Assembly (NCBI GenBank): GCA_004022145.1
Contig: RCNU01000028.1
DNA: 20,000 bases
Direction: 5' to 3' (one strand)
Source of the DNA: Paecilomyces variotii
Taxonomy: Eukaryota
This document shows positions 1-9,994 of the stretch, piece by piece. Every line of letters begins with the position of its first letter. Position 1 is the stretch's first letter. The notes under the pieces were generated by a model. The model was given only the letters and a program-made list of their open reading frames with translations. It was not told where the DNA came from and ran no database searches. A program made the translations under genes and the position numbers.

Positions 1-1736
1 CTCTAAAAAAAGCTTTTATTAAAGTTAAGCTATTAATTAATTATTTAAAAGTATAGAAATATTAAGCAGTATTATATATAAACCTAGAATCTTTACTATA
101 AGATATATAGAGGAATAAGTTAATAAATTAAGGTAGAATTTATATTTTTATAAGATATATTAAGAGAATAAATAAATAATAGAAAGTTTAGGCTCTAGAT
201 ATAAAAAAGACTATTAAGACTTATTAAGCTAAGTTCTTTAAAAATAAACTAAGAAGAGATCTAGATCTTAAGATTCTCTAAAGATTATTACTAAATATAG
301 TACTAATAAGAAACTTAAGAGATTAACTAGTAACTTAGCTTATTACCTTAAGTATATATATATATTCTTAAATAAAAAAGAGAATAATATTAATAATTAG
401 GAGAAGAGTTATAAAGAAGTTTTAGCTTTTCTTTAAAAGGAAAATAAAGTTTTTTATTAAAAAGAAATTAAAATATTTTATTATAATAAAATTAAGGAAT
501 AAGAGAAAATATTTAATTATTCTTACTTTAATAACTTAAATAATTATAAGAACTTATAGATAAACTCCCTATTTTAACTAAGTAAATAAGTTATATTTTA
601 TATAGAGATTCTCTAGCTAGTAAAGATCTCTTATATAGTAAAGTATAAGAGAGAGAAAGTTAAGTTACTAGATAATAAATAAAATACTAAGAAGTTATAT
701 TAAGCAATATTTATATTAAATCTCTTACCTCTAGATATTAATATAGACTAAGAGAAGTATATAGAATAAGTATTAAATACTATAATAGTAATATATATAG
801 TAAAGGAATATATTTTAATCTTAAACTTATATTATACTATAATTAATAACTTTACTTAAAGTAAATTATAGTAGAATATATTTAAAGCTAAAATAAATAT
901 ACTCTAAGTAAATAAAATTTTTAAAATAGTTATATTATTACTAAAAGCTAATATTATAATTAACTATTAAGTATTAGCTATAAAATATAACCTAGATAAT
1001 TCTCTTTAAAAGCTTAAGATATATCTTATTACTTAAGAGTTTACTTAGAAATATAGTATTAATTTTAAGTATACCTTTATTCTTATCTTATAATATAATA
1101 TACTATAAGTATTCTTAGCTATTATTATAATAGAGAATTATAAGTATTATACTATAAATATTAATAATACCTTTATAGAGTTAATATTAAAAGAGAAGAT
1201 TTATATAATACTTTTATTAAGAATAAATATACTATTAAAAATAATACTAAAAGTTTTTTAATCTCTATATAGTTTAAAATAAGCTATAAGAGATTAAAAT
1301 TAAACTTATATAAAAATACTTTAAAAAATAAGTTTTATATAAACTAATATTAATTTATACTTATTATAGCACTTAAAGAAAGAGATCTTACTCTTAATAT
1401 ATATTAATAATATCTTAATTAATATAAAATAAATAAAGAATATTTATTAATTTAAATAAGAGTTTAAATTAATATATAAAATAAAGAATCTAGAAGAAAT
1501 AAAGAAAATTCTTAGTATTTAAGTTATTTAAAATAAGAAGGATTAAATATTAATAATAGACTAATCTTATTATATTAAAGAACTCTTATTATAATATAGA
1601 ATAAGTAAGAAAAAAATATATTTAGTTAATATCTTATTAAATAAATATAACTCTTTAAAACTATTTAGTCCTTAAGATAAAAGAGTAAATTAGAGAAAGT
1701 ATTAAAGAATTATTAATAGCTTAATTTACTTAATAA

Positions 1737-2231
1737 TAGAGTAGTTATATAGGCGGTTCGGTTCGGTTCAGGGGGGGGGTTAAACCGCCCGTAGCGGTTT
1801 TCGGTTCGGGGCAGATAAACCGTACCTGAACCGAACCGTATACTAGTAGTTCGGTTTAAAACCAAAAAAACCGGATCGGCATAATTAGTTACTAACCTAA
1901 GTTAGATCCGGTTATATAACTATGCTCTAGCTATATTAGGATAAATAAGCGAAAATTACAATACCGTAATTTACCGATTTCTAATATATTTTTATTATAT
2001 ATACTAAATACTATAGTAATTTTATACCTCCGATATAAGTATCGATAAATTACATAGTGTAATTTAAATACGAGGTTAAAATTACGGTTCAAATGGTTTA
2101 AACCAAAAACTACCGGTTCGGTTCGGTTCTAGTAGACTCGCACCGCGGTTTACTAGGAAGCGAACCAAACCGAACTATGGGCGGTTCGGTTCGGTTCGGT
2201 TCGGTTTTTTCGGTTTACTATAACTACTCTA
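1737..2231. mobile_element. Non-autonomous hAT-superfamily element / MITE (495 bp)
   Basis: Perfect 13-bp TIR tagagtagttata (1737-1749) / tataactactcta (2219-2231); perfect 8-bp TSD cttaataa (1729-1736, 2232-2239); subterminal (CGGTT)n clusters at both ends. An 8-bp TSD and (C/T)AG termini are hAT hallmarks. No ORF. Confidence 0.9.
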
Positions 2232-2699
2232 CTTAATAATTTTAATAAGACTAGATATTATATTTATAATAGGTAAATTAAGTTAATATTTATTAAATCT
2301 ATTTAAAAAGTATTTTAAGATATTAAAGTCTTTTATAAAATACTTATAATTAATTATATATCTTAGTCTTAAGTTTAATATAAACTAAGACTAATAATTT
2401 ATTAAGTACTTAGACTTAGATAGGCATATACCTCGGCCTAGCTGGGGCCAAGCTTAGCCCATCCTAGGAGCTTAGCCCACCCTAGAGCTCATCCTTAGCT
2501 AGGTTGAGCTTAACCTACCTTATATATAGATTAAGTATAAGCTCAGTATAAGCCGATTATATAATTAATATAAGGTTAGCCTATTTAAGGATTAATAATA
2601 ATATTTATATAATAAAACTCTTTAGAATTTATAATATATATATATAATAGCTAATATAAAGCTAAATACTATTACTTTTTCCCTAAATACCTAAAAATA

Positions 2700-5600
2700 G
2701 CTAAAAACTAAGTAACTATAACTAATAGCTAAGTTAATAATATTTTTAATTAATAGCTACATAATATTTCTGTCTAAGTATATTAATATAATTCTTATAG
2801 AGGCCTAGCAGATACTAAATATATACTTAGTATTTATTATATTTAAACTAGATACTAACTTATTATAAAGTAAACTTATATAGAACTATAACCTTTATAA
2901 AGTATACCTAAACTAGTTTAAGAATATAATAAGTAATTAAAATAATGTCTATTCCTATATAAAAAGCGAAGATAAATAGAACTATAACCTTTATAAAGTA
3001 TACCTAAACTAGTTTAAGAATATAATAAGTAATTAAAATAATGTCTATTCCTATATAAAAAGCGAAGATAAAAAATTTAAGATATATTCTAAATTTCCTC
3101 TTTATATAAGACTTAATTAAATATATTCTTTTTATATAAGTTTTAATAAGGCATATACTAAATATATCTAAGAGGCTATTTCTCTTATAGGTATTATTAT
3201 TAGCCGCAGTAGTATCTCTAAGATTATAGTTAATAATATTTAGGATAAGTTATTTATTCTTAAATATCTAATAACTTATTTTAGTAATATCTTGCATTTT
3301 ATCTATTAAAAGAATTTTTTACCTTATAATTATTCTAGTATAAATATCTATTAAATATTTTAATAACTTTTATTAAAGGTATATCTATACCTTATCTTAA
3401 GCAGATGTTTAATATATTATAAGCATATGCTAAATATAGCTTAGATTTAGTTTGGGCTCTATACTTAAGGTAATTATAAAACCCTATCTCTCCTACTTCT
3501 TTAAAAGGATAAAAAAGATAAAATTTAAAGCAAGACATACTATTAGGCATATAAATACAGCAGTATTAAATATTATAAGTATATGCTAGAGTATATATTT
3601 AAACAATGCTATAAATATAGCTATATTAAACTAAATATCTTTAAAACGCTTTATAAAGAAGCAGGCTATACATTTGATATTATTTCTGCTAGTAAATTTC
3701 TTAAAAGAAAAACTGAAAATTAGTATAATAAATTTCTTTATTTTTAGAATTAATAATTAGCAGGGCATTATTTTTATCCAGAAAGTAAAATATAAATATG
3801 CTTAAATTAAACTCCGGTAATCTTTAAACAGTATAAAGTAAGTTTAACTCTATATTTGATTTTAGCATATGCTAAATATATTCTTAGCTACCAGTTACCT
3901 TTATCGGTTGCCTATTAATAAGTGATTTTAAACTATAGTATATTGTATAAGCTATCTCTATATATATAGCTCAAATTTATATGCCTTATCTATATACCTT
4001 AGTAGCTTATAGGATATATAATACTAATACTCCTATTTAATCTATTTATACCTATATTAACTATATTATTTTAAGGCGTATAACTTATAGTAGGTATTTG
4101 CTCTATATATACTAGGCATATACTAACTATAGGTCTAGGATTTAACCACTCTTAAGGTATATCTAAAGTCCTATATAAAGAATATAATGCTTTAATTAAT
4201 ATTTTTATTCCTTATAATTAAGATTATTTTCCTTTTATCCTTCTTATTTATTAAGAAGATTATATATATTTTCCTCTATTACTAACTAAGTTAAGTTAAG
4301 ATTTTGCTTAAGAACTTATAGATCTAATTAACTAAAGAGATATTCTTACTATAATTATGCGTATATTATATATACCTTAAGCCTGCATTCTGCATATGCT
4401 AACCAGATACTTATAGATAAATTCTTAATATCTCCCGAAGTATATACATTTAAATAAAAGTATTAAAATTAAGCTCTAAATTTAATTAGAGCTTCTTTAA
4501 ATATTAAGGATAAAATTGCTTATTTAATTTAAAAATAAAAACTTCTATAATACCTATTTAGTTCAGATATTGCTAGTTAGAATCTATTCTTACTATATGT
4601 TTTATATATATTAATATTATATAGAGGTTATACAAGAGTATAAGTTTAATCAACACAGAGAAAATAATAAATAATAGATTTGCGCAGTTAATATTAGTAA
4701 AACTAGAGAATATATTATTATTTATTATATAAATGCTTAAGTAAAAGCATTTATAAAAGCTAAATATCTTAAAATAGATTTAGCTTATAAGATAATACTT
4801 AAAAATATAAATGTCTTTTTAATCTTAAGCTAGAATTCTAAAGCTAGATATATATTTAACTTCTCCTTATTATATGTTTAGCATATACTGACTTTATATT
4901 AGGGATTAATACTTATTGCTATACTTTTATCTCTCTATAAACTTATTATATATATTTTTAAATATTTAAATTACTATTTTAAATATTATTATAAGCTGCA
5001 TATTAATATATTTAATAGGCATATATTTTAAATAAAGAAGGGATATAGACTGTTACTATAAATATATATAAGAAATAAGTACTTAGTTAGTATTATCTTA
5101 ATAAATACAGAGTATATGCTAAATATATTTAGGCTTTAATAACTACTTATATTCTATTTATCCTTCCCTTAACTGGTAAGAATATTTTAAGTATATACTT
5201 ATCTTCTGCCAAATATATATTAAACACAATTTCTATAAGAAGTTTAAAAGATCTTATCCCTTTATCTATTAACTAAAATATCTATAGGATCTATATTCTT
5301 ACTAAGAAATCCTTTAAACTATATACTAATAGGGTGAGGAATATCTAAATATTAAAAAATAGCTTTAAAGTAAAATAAAACTATAGATTCTTACTGTATT
5401 ATTATAGGAAACATTAAAAATCTCTTTTAAATAATAGAGTTATACTTAAAAGTATATTAGATTATCTGAAAGTAGTTACTTCTAAGATAATTATAATATA
5501 GGGAGAAACCTATCTTTACTGGGGGCTATTTAACGGTACATCTATACTTAGCATATACTTAATATCTATCTAGCATAGATTAAATACTAATAAGGCTAAT

Positions 5601-6475
5601 TTATATTTAGTCTACAATAATATATAGAAGATATTACTAAATAACAAGAGCTTTTTAACTATAATATTAATAATATATAGCAAAACTATAGTAATATTAT
5701 GCGGATCTCCTAATAGATACAAAAAAACAATAAGATAAAAGTTTAATATGCCTTTAAATATATGCTGAACATATCTTTTAGACTAATAGAATTAAAGAGC
5801 TATTAATTATTAAATGAATCAATCTTATTTACTATTTAATCTTAATAATTCCTATAATATACCTTTAGATAATAGTAATAATCGATCTTCTGATAAAAAT
5901 GCTAATTTTAAGGTTATTTTAATATCTTTATCTAAACCTTCTGCTAAACATATACTAGCTAAAGATAAAATATCTATAGAGCATATACTAAGCAGAGGTT
6001 GAAGAAGGGGTTAACCTAGAGGTTCTGGTCATTGTCAGAGCTAAGTTTAATCTAGGACTAAGTAGACTAAGCTAAGCTCTGAAGAATTAGACTCAGATTA
6101 TATTTCTCAACGCAGATTAAGTGAAGAGCATATACTAAACAGAGGTTAAAAAAGGGGTAGATCTAGAGGTTCTAGTTATATTTAAGGCTAGGTTCGATTT
6201 AATACTATCCTAATACCTAGAAGGGTTTAAACCTCTTTATTAAATTTAGATAGCTCTGCTAGTTCTAATCTAAAGTATATATTAACTCTATATCCGGCAT
6301 ATATTATCTAGGAGTTAAGTATAGATTCTAGATAGAATAGAGCTTATATACGCTATAGCAGAGGACCCTTATTAGAAGAAATAGCAGAGACTAATTTTGC
6401 TATTTAATTAAGAGAAATAATAGAATAAAGGCAATAAGAATTTAAGTAAGAAAGAGAAGGATTATTACAGTAGTT
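2700..6475 (+). pseudogene. Intron-rich MULE-type DDE transposase, destroyed by RIP (start approximate)
   Basis: Inferred motifs: 'YLEMDLAYKM' (D at 4777-4779); 'GIRTVTMDMCKKQAPG' (D codon 5061-5063, now aat); 'HILIFCQxH' (C at 5207-5209); 'LSESSHF' (E at 5468-5470). This is the D..D..CxxH..E order of Mutator transposases. Splicing gttagt..ag (5086-5132) keeps the frame; another intron at 3838-3887. The C-terminus has an RGRPRG-like basic repeat (5991-6030) and an E/Q/R-rich tail. Confidence 0.75.
2880..3072 (+). repeat. Perfect 96-bp tandem duplication inside the MULE
   Basis: 2881-2976 is identical to 2977-3072 (tagaactataacc...aagcgaagataaa). Confidence 0.95.
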
Positions 6476-6599
6476 TATATAATAAATATATATATCTATA
6501 TAGCTATAGTTATATAGTAAATATATATATATATTTCCTTTTCCCCTATAATAAGAATAAATAAAAAATAAAGAATATTGTATTATAATTATTTAAAGA

Positions 6600-8400
6600 T
6601 ACAGAAAAACAGTCTTTAAGTATAAGAACTTAGCATTGAACTGAAGTTCGGTATTAACAATCTTTAAGTATAAGAGCTTAGTATTAAACTAAAGTTCAGC
6701 ATCGAGCATATGCTCGGGGGAGAGCTAGGCTTAAATATTTATATATTTAAGGCCTCTGAAAACTTATCCTTAGAAGAGGAGATTATAACTTATAGATATA
6801 AACTCAGCATATACTCTGCGTATAAAAGAGAAGAACTTATTAATAAACTTAGCACTGCAGCTATTAATACTATAAGGATATCTATAGCTACAATTATAAG
6901 CACAATTATACTTTAATTTAGTTGGTATTTCTTTATCGGCAGTATATCTACTTATATATTTATTATAAGATATAAACCATCCGCGCTTTAATAGAGTTAA
7001 GGCAAGACCTATATTATAACCTAGTTCAGCATATGCGCAAGATAAATTAGAAGGCTACTTACTATTATTTCTATCATTATTATCTTGCGGCAATAGGATA
7101 TTTCTAGTCTATATAAGGTTAGTATATATATAACGCAGGCAGGGGTATATTTACTGTGCGCTTATAAGATAAGGTTAATAAAGATATAGGATGCTAGAAC
7201 AAAGGCCAAGATTAGTTAAAGTTAATATTGGGCATATGCTGAATATATCTAAAAAGCCTGCTGAGAGTTATAAGTTATATATAAATAGTAATATAAATGG
7301 CAATATAAATGGCAAAGAAGATAGTATATAGATCCTATTTATATATTAGCATATGCTAAACTTATTCTCCGATAAAACTAGCTTTTATAGCTGTTTCTGA
7401 ACTCATTATTAGTGCAAGCTACTTTTTTACAGGATGTAGCAATACTCTTAATTAGCATGCTTCCTATATTAGAAGAAATATTAGCTTAATATAAGCTCTA
7501 TATATGCCTAAGACTTACTATAGTTTATAAATAAAGTCGGCGTCTTGCTATTTGCTAAGTAAAACATATTTAATTAGTATACTGTATATTATTAGCATAG
7601 CTCTAGTATATATAGAACAGATCCTAAACTTACTATAGCCTAATTATCTTCTTATCTATAATTATATTATTAGTCTCTATATTGCGGTTTAATGCTACAG
7701 CAGATTAGTATATATTTAATATATATTAAGGATAATAACATACTCGCCCCTAAGTATATAGTCCTTATATAGTGTTGTAACTTTAACTGTCAGCATATTA
7801 TATATATATAGAACTTATATTAGACTTACAGCAGGCTATAAATTAATAATCTTACTATATATAAGCAGGCTATCTGCGTTTACTTATACTCAGCAACTAT
7901 AGAAGCTCAGTATATGCTTGGTTAATTTTAAAGAAAGGACTTATATATTCCTGTTTATGCTTAAGATAAAAGACCTAAGGATCAGCATGCGGGCATTTTC
8001 CTCAGCGGTAATTGCAGGCACTATCTATATTTAGTATGCTTTCAGCATATGTGCAATATCTGCTTACTAGATTTCTTATTTTCCTGCTTAGCTGTAGTGT
8101 GCGAGTCTAGGATCTATATTAGATTTAGGTTAAGAACTGGGCCTATTTTTATTTAGCATATGCTTAATATTAAGCAGAGATGTACTTACTATAATAATAC
8201 CTGTAGTTTGTTGGATTACCTGCTAATAAAACTACATTGCAGGTAAGGAGTTCCTTTAAATATAGCAGTATTTTTGTGGTTGTACAGCAGTAATATAAGA
8301 GGGTGGACTGTAATACTATAGAGGCAGAGTGAAGGTGTTATTAGGGAGGTTGAAGATAATATAAATAATGTGAACTTCTATGCGATAGGATTCTAACGTC
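6600..8400 (-). pseudogene. Second, convergent, multi-intron gene of the MULE; product unrecognised (ends approximate)
   Basis: Run of ~47-55-bp minus-strand introns with GTAAG(T/C) donors (seen on + as acttac/gcttac) and YAG acceptors: 8143-8189, 8021-8067, 7897-7944 (donor RIP-hit), 7781-7829, 7582-7633, 7464-7518, 7009-7062. Short exons read e.g. 'IDPRLAHYS' and 'PAITAEENARMLIL'. Confidence 0.6.
6613..6705. repeat. Imperfect 48-bp tandem duplication
   Basis: tctttaagtataagaacttagcattgaactgaagttcgg (6613) versus tctttaagtataagagcttagtattaaactaaagttcag (6661); the differences are transitions. Confidence 0.85.
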
Positions 8401-9271
8401 GCTTCAGCATATGCTTAATAACCGCCTTTACATATACCGCCTTAGTAAACTGCGCAGAATAATATCAGTTTTAGCTCCCTATATATATCCCAGCGTTGCT
8501 CTGACCTATGCTTAGCATATGCTGCAATACGGCACAGAGCATATGCTATATACAGTTCCTGACAAATATAGTTTATTGCAATATAATATGAAAACTTTAT
8601 TATGAGTTATATAAGCTATATATATGCTAAGCCCACCCAAACGCTATACTGAAACTAACTTAGTATCTGAGCTAAACCTAGATTTTTCTTAGGTGGGCTG
8701 AGCTTTTCAAGTAGGCTAAGCTTAGCCCCGGCTGGGCCGAGCTATATCCCGGACTTAGATTATATAATAGATAAGATTAATTAGATATTAATCTTAGAGA
8801 ATATTTTTACTTTAACTAAAAGCTTAATAAGCTAATTAAATAAAAAATAAAAGTTTATTATAATTTTAACTATAAAGGCTAAATATATAGCTATATATTA
8901 AGCTATAAAGTAGTCTTAATAATTAGCCCTTCTTTTAAGAGATATAAGATATAAATACTATATTAGTCTAAATAAATTTAAGCTAATAATAAGAGAAAAA
9001 TAAGCTTTTATTATTAATTCTCTAGTTAAAATCTATAGAGATAACTAAGTATTATTATTACTAATTAAAGATACCTATATTTATAAAAGGTTAAAGTATA
9101 TTAATATTATATATTACTATATATATAACTTATATTAAAAGAATAAAATTAATATTAAGTTTATTAGAATATAGAATATAATAGTAAATAATTTTACTAA
9201 ACTACTATTAAAAACAGACTTCTTAAAATTTTTAAGTTAACTAAGATTAACTAACTTAATAAGTATAAATT

Positions 9272-9600
9272 AAGGAGAAGTATTATAAAATAGTAATTAA
9301 GACTAATAAATTCTAATATAATAAAGATTTTATTTTAAGAAAATCTTTAAGAATAATTTTACTTTAATAAAATTAAGCAGCTTTAAAAAACTATTTCTTA
9401 AGCTTTATTTAAAATCTATTGCCCTAACTAAGAATATATAAATATACTTAATATCTACTATATGTGCTAATACTTTTTCTCCCTAATTATTATTAGCCCT
9501 TTAAGTTAATTAAATAGTCTAGGGAATTTTATTTAAATCTATTCTTTTTAACTTTTTTTAATTAAAAAGATTAAGTTAAAGTTTTAATTATAAAATAATA
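9272..9600 (+). repeat. Polypurine tract and start of the 3' LTR of copia copy A (right end not determined)
   Basis: aaggagaag (9272-9280) follows the pol end and is immediately followed by tattata (RIP-mutated TGTT...) at 9281. The end coordinate is a guess. Confidence 0.45.
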
Positions 9601-9667
9601 TTATTATTAATAATATTAAATAATTAAAATTATTAGTAAAATAAAGTATTATTTAAAGAGACTATAT

Positions 9668-9994
9668 TATTATACTTCTTATAGAGATAATAATAGTTAA
9701 AAAGAATAGAGAATAAAATAACTTTTTATACTAGCTTTAAAAGAAAGTATAACTTAAAATAAGAATAAAGTATAAGAAATAGAACTAATACTAATATATC
9801 TTTATAATATAATTAGTTAATTATATTAAGTTAGTTAAGTTCTTCTCTTAAGCTAATATACTTACTATAAGAATTCTTCTATTAAGCTAACTATTTTCTA
9901 TAACTATATATATAATTATTTTAGACTTTTTTATAAGAGAACTTCTTATATATTCTCTTTATAAACTGCTAGTTTTAACTGCTATATTATAATA
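9668..9994 (-). repeat. Putative 3' LTR of copia copy B (~327 bp)
   Basis: On the minus strand it begins tattata directly after the PPT and ends tataata at 9668 (RIP-mutated TG...CA inverted ends). The far end is inferred from that short inverted repeat only. Confidence 0.5.

Larger units (their letters stand above)
2422..8751. mobile_element. Mutator-like DNA transposon (MULE), apparently full length (~6.33 kb), RIP-inactivated
   Basis: TSD gacttagat at 2413-2421 and 8752-8760 (10 bp if one G>A is allowed). Imperfect ~65-bp GC-rich TIRs: ggcatatacctcggcctagctggggccaagcttagccc... versus the reverse complement of the right end gggatatagctcggcccagccggggctaagcttagcct.... Removing the element restores the copia 'YSDSDYA' frame. 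Internal DDE transposase relic. Confidence 0.88.
1..9273 (+). mobile_element. RIP-degraded Ty1/copia LTR retrotransposon (copy A), pol relic; 5' part lies outside the window; interrupted by two nested DNA transposons
   Basis: Reversing G>A/C>T changes by eye gives copia motifs in order: ~945-1200 'ANIVT..WVLAIKYNPDGSLQKLKARLVARGFTQKYGIDF..TFAP'; YVDD relic tat-att-aat-aat at 1400-1411; 'GSLIYL|..TRPDI' across the 1737-2231 insertion; RNase H 'YSDSD|YAxD' across the 2422-8751 insertion; 'GDNQ..HERSKHID' at ~9037-9110; 'ADGFTKP' at 9184-9204. Back-translations are inferred. Confidence 0.9.

Noticed and set aside
1752-2210. (GGTTC)n as telomere-like repeats
   Set aside because: They are not TTAGGG and are confined between TIRs with a TSD, so they are subterminal transposon repeats.
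5814-6916. ORFs 5814-6002 and 6710-6916 as real small genes
   Set aside because: The first is a stop-free stretch of the RIP-mutated transposase tail. The second is antisense to the minus-strand relic and has the I/N/K/Y bias typical of RIP.
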